Of a stretch of 64,000 nucleotides of DNA, positions 1 to 8,294 are shown in pieces. The stretch is from an uncultured delta proteobacterium (lineage in GTDB: Bacteria > Desulfobacterota > Binatia > UBA9968), in NCBI GenBank assembly GCA_963745035.1, contig CAVUVW010000013.1:704001-768000 (forward strand), read 5' to 3'. The position numbers were made by a program, and so were the translations under genes. Numbering within the stretch: position 1 is the stretch's first letter; each line of letters starts with the position of its first letter. Below the pieces are notes generated by a model. The model was given only the letters and a program-made list of their open reading frames with translations. It was not told the origin of the DNA and ran no database searches.

Positions 1-853
1 CAACAGTGGCGACCGTGCCGACGAAATTCAACTCGCACGCCCGATGGCGGCGGTAAAGCGCATTGATGACGGGATGGTTCTGATAGAAATACGTCTCTGC
101 GCCGCCGAGCGATGCGTGATACGACGGCAGCAGCGCCCCATCGAGCCATTCATTGGGATGGAGCACGGTCGGTAGCATGCCCTCGGTGTCCGCGCCGTAA
201 AGAATCGATTCGCCGGCCTCGGGCTTTCTCTGGCGCGAGAAAATCTGGCCGACGTAGGCGAAGCGCGGCAAGGCGGCGCGATCGGCCCCGACCTCCGTGT
301 CGAGATTTTCCAGGCGCGCCGGGCGCGCTGAAAATGCCGCCTGTGCCAGACGCACGGCGACTTTGAGTTGCGCCAGCCGGTAGGCCCTGAGGCGCGCGTG
401 CGCCGGCAAATCGACCCTCGTATGCGGGACGATGATCAGATGCAGAAGCTTCCCATATTCCGAGCCGGCGGCGGCTTCCCCGCTCATTTCCAGAACGTAG
501 CCCGTCGCGCCGCGCGATTCCCCGGGCGATTGCTCGCGCACCGCGGCCACGGCCATACCGGCCAGAACATGGGTCGCGCCCCCGCCCGCGGTTTGCGGGG
601 CGCCGAGCACGCCGGGCCAGTCCGGACTCGCCCCGGGCTCCTTCGCCCGCGGCTCGACGATATCGAATACCGGGCCCGCGCGGCAGCTCTCGCCCGGTCG
701 AACGATCTCGAAATCCACCGACTCGATCGACGCATCGCGCAGCACTAGATTGCGCAATTCCTCTTTGTCGAGCGCCAGCGTGGCTCCATTCAGGCGAGTT
801 TCGGGGCCGAAACCAATCTCGTCGATGGGATGAACAGCGAGTGTCAAAGTCAT
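1..853 (-). CDS. Glycine/sarcosine/betaine reductase component B subunit-like protein (GrdE/PrdA family); 3' end runs off the window
   Basis: Not in the ORF track because no stop lies in the window. Manual translation from ATG at 853: MTLTLAVHPIDEIGFG...PGESCRAGPVFDIVEPRAK...PTVLHPNEWLDGA...TYFYQNHPVINALYRRH...LNFVG; these motifs are typical of GrdE-type subunits. Confidence 0.75.
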   Translation of the reverse strand, partial: MTLTLAVHPIDEIGFGPETRLNGATLALDKEELRNLVLRDASIESVDFEIVRPGESCRAGPVFDIVEPRAKEPGASPDWPGVLGAPQTAGGGATHVLAGMAVAAVREQSPGESRGATGYVLEMSGEAAAGSEYGKLLHLIIVPHTRVDLPAHARLRAYRLAQLKVAVRLAQAAFSARPARLENLDTEVGADRAALPRFAYVGQIFSRQRKPEAGESILYGADTEGMLPTVLHPNEWLDGALLPSYHASLGGAETYFYQNHPVINALYRRHRACELNFVGTVATV

Positions 854-1116
854 GGCAGAGTCGCCTAGAGTGGGATTCCGTGGCAATGCGATGATTTTAG
901 GGCGGCACGAAAGAGAATGTCAATTGGATCGCGAGCTGACGCGGTCAAGCGGCTCTTTGCTGATGAGGCATTTCAGTGACTCCGCGCCCCGTTCTGAGAA
1001 AAGGGCATCCCCTGAGCGCAGTGAAGATCCGCTTTCAACTGAACCACCGCAAATCTTTGTCCAACTTGACATCGGCTGGCACCCGGCATTAGGCTCATGT
1101 CATCGGGAAAGCCACC

Positions 1117-2286
1117 ATGGCGAAAGACGGATTCAAAGTCTTCGACAGCGACATGCACATCATGGAGCCGCCCGATCTTTGGCAACGCTACATCGATGGC
1201 GAATTTCGCGAGCGCGCGCCGCGCGGCCGGACGTCTGAAAACGTGCGTGATCTCGGCATGATTTTCCCCGACGCGCCGCCCGACACGCGGCGCACCAACG
1301 GCACGCCCCACCGCGGCCGCAATTTCAACAAGAACCAGGAAATTTATCGCGATCACGCGGAGCGCGGCTGGACCGGCGAGGTGCAACTCGAAGCGATGGA
1401 TACCGAAGGCATCGACCGCGCCGTGCTCTTTCCCACGCGCGGCCTGGGCATCCTCACCTATCCCGATCAAGACCCGCGCTTTGCCGCGGCGATGGCGCGG
1501 GCGTACAACGACTGGCTGCACGACTTTTGCCAAGCTGATCCCGATCGCCTGCTCGGCGCGGGCATGATCTCGGTTTACAACATCGGCGATGCCGTCGCCG
1601 AGACGCGGCGCGTCGCGACGGAATACGGATTTCGCTCAGTGTTTCTTCGCTCCAATATCATCAACGGCAAAAATTGGTACGACGCCGATTACGAGCCGCT
1701 CTGGAACGCGCTGGAGGAGCTGAATCTGCCGCTCGGCTTCCACGAAGCCTCAGCATCGCGCTCACGCCAATGCGCCGAGAACTTCGAGCCCAATTTCGGC
1801 ATGCGCCGCGTGTATGCCCAGCCTTTCGAGCAAATGCTCGGCCTCGGCAGTTTTATCGGCGGCGGCATTTTGGAGCGCCATCCGAACATGAAGGTGGCGT
1901 TTCTTGAAGCCAACTGCTCCTGGCTGCCGTGGCTCTTGTGGCGCCTGGATGAAGGCTACGAGCGCGAAGGCGATATCTTCATGGAAGATCTGAAAATGGC
2001 GCCGAGCGAATACTTCAAGCGCCAATGCTTTATATCGGTGGAGCCCGACGAAACGCCGGCGCGCCATACCATCGAAGAATTCGGCTGCGACCAATTGGTA
2101 TTTTCCACCGACTACCCCCACGGCGACTCCAAATACCCGCACGCGGTCGAAAGCTTTCTCAAGCTCTCGCTGTCCAATGAAGAGAAGCGCAAAATCTTGT
2201 GGGACAATTGCGCGCGCTTCTACGGCGACGGCGAGAATGGTGGCAGCCGGCTCGCTGAAACCGTACCAGCAACACTGCACCGATAG
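1117..2286 (+). CDS. Amidohydrolase_2 family metal-dependent hydrolase/decarboxylase
   Basis: DSDMH N-terminal motif, LGFHE, FLEAN and FSTDYPHGD motifs. Confidence 0.85.
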   Translation: MAKDGFKVFDSDMHIMEPPDLWQRYIDGEFRERAPRGRTSENVRDLGMIFPDAPPDTRRTNGTPHRGRNFNKNQEIYRDHAERGWTGEVQLEAMDTEGIDRAVLFPTRGLGILTYPDQDPRFAAAMARAYNDWLHDFCQADPDRLLGAGMISVYNIGDAVAETRRVATEYGFRSVFLRSNIINGKNWYDADYEPLWNALEELNLPLGFHEASASRSRQCAENFEPNFGMRRVYAQPFEQMLGLGSFIGGGILERHPNMKVAFLEANCSWLPWLLWRLDEGYEREGDIFMEDLKMAPSEYFKRQCFISVEPDETPARHTIEEFGCDQLVFSTDYPHGDSKYPHAVESFLKLSLSNEEKRKILWDNCARFYGDGENGGSRLAETVPATLHR

Positions 2287-2295
2287 GAGGATGTC

Positions 2296-2937
2296 ATGGA
2301 AACGCAAATGGAAACTCCCATGGAGAAACTGGAGCAAGGCGAGAATGCCATGGAGCGCTTCATCCGAAAAACCCGCGCGCTGTTCGCCAAGGAGCCGGAT
2401 CTGGAAAAGCGCTGGAACTCTTTGCGGCCGATCCTGGCGGAACTGTTAGCCGATCCGGCGCTGATGGAGGCGGCAAAGCATTGGCCCGATTGCGTTCCCG
2501 CCAACGGCCGGGCGGAAAATCTGCTGTTCTACGCAGATCCGGACTACGGCTTCGCCATCAACGGGCTCACCAAAGGCGAGGCCCGCCACGGGCAGCCGGC
2601 GCGCATCCACGATCATGCGCACATCTACACGCTCTATGGCGTGCTCGACGGCCGCGAGCGGGTCGTGCGCTACGACCGGCTCGACGATCGATCGAAATCG
2701 GACTATGCCGAGATTCGCGAGAGCAGCAACGTGCTCGTCGGTCCCGGCGAAATCGACCTGGTGAAACCTTACGAGATCCACACCGAGATCACCGTCGGCG
2801 AACGCACCGTGGCGGTCATCATTCGCAGCCAAAAGGGCGGCGACTTCAATCAAGGCCGCTACATCCCCGAGAAAAACGGTTACTACGAGAGCCTGGGGCC
2901 GCGCCAGACGCCCTGTGAGATGCTCCCTAGGCGCTGA
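2296..2937 (+). CDS. Cupin, cysteine/thiol dioxygenase-like protein
   Basis: RBS AGGAGG; IHDH...G...E...Y and a distal EIH give a 3-His cupin pattern. Confidence 0.6.
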   Translation: METQMETPMEKLEQGENAMERFIRKTRALFAKEPDLEKRWNSLRPILAELLADPALMEAAKHWPDCVPANGRAENLLFYADPDYGFAINGLTKGEARHGQPARIHDHAHIYTLYGVLDGRERVVRYDRLDDRSKSDYAEIRESSNVLVGPGEIDLVKPYEIHTEITVGERTVAVIIRSQKGGDFNQGRYIPEKNGYYESLGPRQTPCEMLPRR

Positions 2938-2960
2938 AAGCAACCTCAACGGAGGATCTT

Positions 2961-3797
2961 ATGTCGCGGCCCGAACCGAGGCAGGAATCAGCGCCGGCAA
3001 TCGAAGCTCTGCTTAACTATCTGATCGATACCGGCGAGAAGCCCGCGAGCTACGGCGGGGTCAGCGCCGGCGAAGCCGACCGGCAGCGCAAGGGCAAATA
3101 TCAAGAGTATCGGATGCCCGTTTACGACGGGCGCGCTCTCGTCGACCAGCTTTCGCTGGAGCGCGAAGGTTTCATCTTCGTCGAGCATGAAACCAAGGTC
3201 AAAGATTTCTACGACGAAGCGGAGGTGCGCTCGGTCTACTATCCCGAAACCGAGCAGTTGATAAAACACTATTCCGGCGCCCGGCGCGTGCTGGTCTTCG
3301 ATCATACGCTGCGCTCGGCCGACAGCGCCGCGCGCGAGACAAAGCAGATCAGCGGTCCAGTCCGGAACGCGCATAACGACTACACCGAATGGTCGGGGCC
3401 GCAGCGAGTGCGCGATTTGCTCCCCGATGAAGCCGAAGATTTGCTGCAGCGCCGCTTCGCAGTCATTCAAACCTGGCGGCCGATCCGCCATATGGTCGAG
3501 CGCGAGCCGCTGGCCATCGCGGATGCCCGCAGTATTGGCACCGAGGAATTGGTTCCCAGCGCGCGTGTCTACCCGGATCGCGTCGGTGAGGTCTATCACT
3601 GCACGTTCAACCCCGAGCATCGCTGGTACTATTTTCCGAAAATGCAGCGCAACGAAGCGATGATTTTTAAATGCTTCGATTCGATGAAGGACGGCCGCGC
3701 GCGCTGGACCGCGCATTGCGCCTTCGACGATCCGGGCAGCCGCACCGATGCACCGCCGCGGGAAAGCATCGAAATGCGTACCCTGGCGTTTTTCTAA
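2961..3797 (+). CDS. CmcJ/NvfI (AsaB-like) family Fe(II)/2-oxoglutarate-type oxidoreductase
   Basis: LEREGF, VLVFDHTLR, AHNDYT (HxD), TAHCAF and RESIEMR motifs. Confidence 0.8.
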   Translation: MSRPEPRQESAPAIEALLNYLIDTGEKPASYGGVSAGEADRQRKGKYQEYRMPVYDGRALVDQLSLEREGFIFVEHETKVKDFYDEAEVRSVYYPETEQLIKHYSGARRVLVFDHTLRSADSAARETKQISGPVRNAHNDYTEWSGPQRVRDLLPDEAEDLLQRRFAVIQTWRPIRHMVEREPLAIADARSIGTEELVPSARVYPDRVGEVYHCTFNPEHRWYYFPKMQRNEAMIFKCFDSMKDGRARWTAHCAFDDPGSRTDAPPRESIEMRTLAFF

Positions 3798-3811
3798 TTT
3801 GTCGCGCTTCC

Positions 3812-3857
3812 AGACAAACAAAAGGCCTGCACTCCTTTCGGAGCATAGGCCCTTGTT
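3812..3857 (-). terminator. Intrinsic terminator-like hairpin, best formed on the minus strand; may be bidirectional
   Basis: Minus strand reads AACAAGGGCCTATGCTCC-GAAA-GGAGTGCAGGCCTTTTGTTTGT: GNRA loop, G-U pairs and a U-rich tail, between convergent genes. Confidence 0.65.
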
Positions 3858-3904
3858 GACTCCTATCGCGGCCTGAGAGGTGGCTTTTACCTCCCAGAAT
3901 CGCG

Positions 3905-3970
3905 CTATTTATTCCTCTGTTTTTTCCTTGGCCGTTTCCGGCAAATCGTGCAGTCGATCTTGGCAGCCAT
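3905..3970 (-). CDS. Putative 21-aa basic CxxC peptide MAAKIDCTICRKRPRKKQRNK
   Basis: ATG preceded by GGAGGAGAGT, TAG stop, followed by two hairpins; too short for the ORF track. Confidence 0.5.
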   Translation of the reverse strand: MAAKIDCTICRKRPRKKQRNK

Positions 3971-4422
3971 ACTCTCCTCCGTAGTCTGCATAAGACTTAT
4001 CACTCGAACATTAGACGTCAATGAGGAATCCGCGATCTGGAGATCGGAAAGTTCCAATTTTCATCATGAATTCAAAAGGTTGAAAAAGTTTGGAGCCGTT
4101 GCGGGTCAAGTTAGCAAACAAATATTAAACAATAAGTTTAGTAAAATAATGTAAGCATCTCAATCAGCAAGATTTTCTCGACGAGCACGGATTGGCTCAT
4201 TGCGCCTCATGAGGCCGAAATTCAACGAGCACTGCAGCCAACGCGATGGAACTTGGTGCCGTATTCCGCACCGGGCTGAAGAATGAAAAACTTTTCTGGC
4301 ACCGTCCGTAGCCGTCAAGAAGCTTGAGTTTGGCCTAATGACGCTTGTCTTGGGGCAACGAGTTCCGGTAAAGTCCACAGAGAAGTTGCACTCAATCCAG
4401 CCACACTGAAAGGGAGGAATAG

Positions 4423-4869
4423 ATGCCTAAAATTGATAAAATCACCGTAGTCGACGTGGAAAAGGAAGCGAAATGGGGACGCCCCACCGGACGCAATTAC
4501 GCTCGTCCGACCCAAACCGACAAAGTGCATATTGCGCTCAACAGCTACGAGCCGGGCGTCAACGACGAGCTGCACTGCCATCCCGGCTCGGATCACACCT
4601 TCTTCGTCGTCCAGGGCGAATGCACGATGAAGGGCCTCAAGGATGACGAAGAGTTCGTCCTCAAGCAACACCAAGCCGTTCACGTTCCCGCCGGCTTTTT
4701 CTATCAGTTGAACAACACCGGCACCGAACGCTTGATCCTCTATCAGGTCAGCACCGAGCCGCTCAAAAAACCCAAGATCGGCAAGGTCATCTACGGGGTG
4801 CACACCGGTTTGAAGGATCACTTGTTTCATCCGGTGCAGCCCAAGGCCGCCGAGACGCAACGGTCATGA
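4423..4869 (+). CDS. Cupin domain protein
   Basis: LHCHPGSDHTFFVVQG and VHVPAG cupin motifs; RBS GGGAGG. Confidence 0.8.
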   Translation: MPKIDKITVVDVEKEAKWGRPTGRNYARPTQTDKVHIALNSYEPGVNDELHCHPGSDHTFFVVQGECTMKGLKDDEEFVLKQHQAVHVPAGFFYQLNNTGTERLILYQVSTEPLKKPKIGKVIYGVHTGLKDHLFHPVQPKAAETQRS

Positions 4870-5123
4870 CCTTTGCAGACGTGCTGGATTGGTGCCGAAA
4901 GAATCGCGCCGACGTGCGCGGAGTTTATCGGAACAAAGATATTTCGATTTCGCACAAGGATGCAGAGCTTCCCGCCGCGCTGCCACCCATCAGCGCCATT
5001 TTTCATTGGGATCTCAAAATGCCCGAGTTGGATCACTACGTCAGCAGCTCGGACTTCGAACGCATCGTCGACGGCAAGCTGACCATCGACGGATTCAAGA
5101 GCACCTTGCGCGGCGGCGATTAG
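4866..5123 (+). CDS. Hypothetical 85-aa protein, translationally coupled to the cupin
   Basis: ATGA start/stop overlap at 4866-4869; followed by a terminator. Confidence 0.65.
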   Translation: MTFADVLDWCRKNRADVRGVYRNKDISISHKDAELPAALPPISAIFHWDLKMPELDHYVSSSDFERIVDGKLTIDGFKSTLRGGD

Positions 5124-5147
5124 TAGGGATATCGATTCGTTGTCACG

Positions 5148-5186
5148 AAAGCGCCACTTCGCAGCCGGAGTGGCGCTTTTGTTTTT
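5148..5186 (+). terminator. Rho-independent terminator
   Basis: AAAGCGCCACTTC...GGAGTGGCGCTTT stem followed by TGTTTTT, between convergent genes. Confidence 0.75.
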
Positions 5187-5200
5187 GATCGCGGGAAATC

Positions 5201-5959
5201 CTACGCGGGCAGATTCGGGTTATCGACTTGCGGCGAGCTCCACTTCAGGTGGCGCTCGAGAAAATCCACGACCAGCGGCCACGAGAGATCCGCTGCGTGC
5301 GCATTATACCCAGGCGCCCCCGGATCGACGTAGCCGTGCCCGCCGAAAGGAAAGAAATGCCACTCCAGGGGTTGGCCATTTTCCTTGAACGCTTGCCACA
5401 TCTGCTCCTGCACCGGCAGCACGGTCGTCACGTCGTCGGCGCCGTAGAGGTTGATCGACGGACAGCGAATCTTTCTGGCGCTCACGGAAGGATGGACCGG
5501 GCGGAGCGGCGAGTCGGGCTCGGCGCGCACCGTGGGATAGTAGCCGATAAAGGCGCGCACATCCGGCGTCGCCGCGACGAAGTGAATCGCGATGCGCCCG
5601 CCCATGCAGTAGCCGCAGACCGCCACCCGGTTTTTGTTTACCGTCGGCTGCTTGAGCAAAAATTGCCAGCCTTCGGTCAACACCCGGGTAAACTCCGGGT
5701 CCGGCGTCTTAGCTTGGATCTGCGATCCTGAAACGATATGGGTCGGCTCGGGATAACCCAACTGCTCAAAAACGTTAATGGCGAATGTCGTGTAGCCCAG
5801 CTTGGCGAATTTCCGCGTTTCGGTTTTGATATACTCACCCAAGCCGCCCTTGGGATGAATCAAATACAGCGCCGGCCCGGGCTCGGCACGCTCCGGATAA
5901 GACAAGAATCCCGCCACTCCATGCTCTTTGGTCGCAAAAGCCCTTTCAATGATGCGCAT
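5201..5959 (-). CDS. Dienelactone hydrolase family protein
   Basis: GYCMGG nucleophile motif, LYGADD and GHGY. Confidence 0.85.
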   Translation of the reverse strand: MRIIERAFATKEHGVAGFLSYPERAEPGPALYLIHPKGGLGEYIKTETRKFAKLGYTTFAINVFEQLGYPEPTHIVSGSQIQAKTPDPEFTRVLTEGWQFLLKQPTVNKNRVAVCGYCMGGRIAIHFVAATPDVRAFIGYYPTVRAEPDSPLRPVHPSVSARKIRCPSINLYGADDVTTVLPVQEQMWQAFKENGQPLEWHFFPFGGHGYVDPGAPGYNAHAADLSWPLVVDFLERHLKWSSPQVDNPNLPA

Positions 5960-6267
5960 CGATCGCTCCTCGTGGTTTGATTGCTCGAATCGATACCTAG
6001 CACGATCGCGCGAGAATCGTAAAGGGCGTGCTCAGGCGAAACTCCGTCAGGCCCGCATCACTCCCCTGGCGCTCGGCTTCGTCGCACAAAAGCAACGTCC
6101 ATGCTCTCCGTGTAATCCGCCTCGTACCCGCAGAGCGCATCAACTCTCCGCAACTCACCAAGACTGAACACTATTGGGCAACCCGTATGGAATCACAATC
6201 CTCAGGAGAATTTTTCACTGGTTCGTAGGCGAGCATTTTCAGCAACTTACGTGAATTACCTGAAAGC

Positions 6268-7236
6268 ATGACTGATGGAATAAGATTTGCTGCCGTCCTG
6301 GTCACCAATTTCCGGGAGTTTTTGGTGCCCCTGCAAAACGACCTCCAATCGCCGCGGAGCCTGAGCCAGTCGAAATTGCCGCACAAGAGCAAAGGGGAAC
6401 TTGTTGCCCTCCCCGCCACTCCATCTTTTTCGCTCGACGAAGCCAGTACGATTGTCGAAATCGAGGTTCGGGCCGACCAACTTCTGAACTACATCGACAA
6501 GCTCACGTCTTTCGCCGACCGGGCTTGCAGCGCAGCGATTCGTCAGACTGAAACGGCCCATCGCATAGAAGATCGGTTCACTGAAATCGCCGATTTGCGC
6601 CGCACGCTCGAGCACCAGAACGCAAAGCTTCAAGAGCAGCAACTCGCCATGGTCCGCTTGGAGCAACAGTCGAAGGCGCAAATCACTGCCCTGGAAGTGC
6701 GGCTGCGCCAGAACGAAATGCAGCGAGCCGAAGAGAAACGACAGGACCTCTTGCGCGGCGAGAACGCCGGTCTCGTAAGCCGCCTCAAAGAAGCCGAAGC
6801 GCTCGTCCCACAAGTCCAAGAACGCAATCACGACTGGAGCGAACCGCTCGGTCAAGAGCTGGAAGCTCTGAAACTTCAATTGGCCGAACGAGACGAAACC
6901 ATTCAAGCCAAGAATGTCATGATCAAACAAATCGAGAGCGACTCACGCGCTAAGATCCTAGACATCGAGCAGCGCTTGCGCGACGCCGAGAAGGCACTCG
7001 AAGGTCATGAGGCGATACTGAAAGAAAAAGACGCCGTGATTCGAGCCACAGCCCTCAAAGAGGCGGAGATGGGCAACCTGATCAAACGTCTGTCCGCCGA
7101 ATGCGCCAAGCTCAACAACGAGCTTCAGGAACGAAACCGAGCCCTTTCCCAGAACCACGGCACCCGCGCAGAACCCCGCGCCGACGCCAACATTTGGCGT
7201 CGGGTGATCGGCCGCTTGCAAGAAGATCCGCAGTGA
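6268..7236 (+). CDS. Hypothetical long coiled-coil protein
   Basis: E/Q/L/K/R-rich heptad pattern over about 230 aa; start uncertain. Confidence 0.6.
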   Translation: MTDGIRFAAVLVTNFREFLVPLQNDLQSPRSLSQSKLPHKSKGELVALPATPSFSLDEASTIVEIEVRADQLLNYIDKLTSFADRACSAAIRQTETAHRIEDRFTEIADLRRTLEHQNAKLQEQQLAMVRLEQQSKAQITALEVRLRQNEMQRAEEKRQDLLRGENAGLVSRLKEAEALVPQVQERNHDWSEPLGQELEALKLQLAERDETIQAKNVMIKQIESDSRAKILDIEQRLRDAEKALEGHEAILKEKDAVIRATALKEAEMGNLIKRLSAECAKLNNELQERNRALSQNHGTRAEPRADANIWRRVIGRLQEDPQ

Positions 7237-7272
7237 AGAACAGTCGCATCAGTTTAGCTGGCTGTCAGTCCA

Positions 7273-8265
7273 TTAATCGAACATGCCGGCGCGATCGAGA
7301 CGCTCGACGAAAGACGAATCGATCAGCGACGCGACATTGATGTTCTTCGCCTTGGGATTGGATTCGGCGATCATTTCCAAAAGCAGCTTCATGGCGGCCG
7401 GGTCCGCATACGGCTTCTTGAGCATCATGTCTCGGTAGGTTTCGTAGCCTTCCTCGATCATCGCGCGATTTTTCTCCAACGGCAGCCGCAGATATTTGGC
7501 CAATATCCGCATGCTTTCCTCTTTGTTGGCCTTGTTCCGATTGAACTGCATCCCTTCGACCAGCGTCGTGACGAACCGCACAACCGTGGCGGAATCGTCG
7601 CGTAAAGTTTTCTCCGAGACCGCGACAATGTTGCGCAAATACGGCACGTCGAGCGGCGCCAGATCCACCAGCAGCCGGTAACCTTCCTTGGCGGCCATCG
7701 TGGTGTACGGCGGATCGAGAATGGCCGCGGCAACCCGATTGGCGAGCAGCGCCTCGAAGCGCGCGGTTTTGCCGCCGATATTGAGCGGCACGACTTGATC
7801 TCGGGACATACCGAGTTCCTTCAAGCTTAGCAGCAGCCCGGTGTATGGCAGGCCGGAAAAACCGGTGATCGCCACAGACTTGCCGCGTAGCTCGGCCGCG
7901 GAGCGGATCGATGGGTGAACGACCAGTGCGAGGTTCAAGCCGCGCGCCGTCCCCATGACCATCTTGACCGGGAACCCGCCAAGAGCGCTATGCACGACTT
8001 TGTCCGGCGACGTGAGATCGAACTGAATATCGCCCGATACCAGCGCGTTGATGTCGTTGCTGCGGCTGAATGTCACCATGCGCGTATCGAGATCGCGCTT
8101 CTTGAAAAATCCCTTTTCCTCGGCGATGTACGCCGGCAAGAACATCGCGCCGCGCACGCCCTCGCCAACGATGATCGTCTTGGTTTGCGCGCAAACGTCA
8201 CCGGCGAATGAGGCAACATATAGCGCGGCGGTGACCAAGCAATATGCAAATCGATTCATAACCAT
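7273..8265 (-). CDS. ABC transporter substrate-binding protein, NMT1/SsuA-like
   Basis: Signal peptide; PAYIAEEKGFF, ALVSGDIQF and ELRGKSVAI motifs. Confidence 0.85.
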   Translation of the reverse strand: MVMNRFAYCLVTAALYVASFAGDVCAQTKTIIVGEGVRGAMFLPAYIAEEKGFFKKRDLDTRMVTFSRSNDINALVSGDIQFDLTSPDKVVHSALGGFPVKMVMGTARGLNLALVVHPSIRSAAELRGKSVAITGFSGLPYTGLLLSLKELGMSRDQVVPLNIGGKTARFEALLANRVAAAILDPPYTTMAAKEGYRLLVDLAPLDVPYLRNIVAVSEKTLRDDSATVVRFVTTLVEGMQFNRNKANKEESMRILAKYLRLPLEKNRAMIEEGYETYRDMMLKKPYADPAAMKLLLEMIAESNPKAKNINVASLIDSSFVERLDRAGMFD

Positions 8266-8294
8266 TCTCCCCAGACTAACACCTCATTGGTCCA

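Noticed and set aside
2296-2355. Repeated ATGGA(A/G) units giving METQMETPMEK
   Set aside because: A short degenerate 12-nt duplication that only creates alternative starts.
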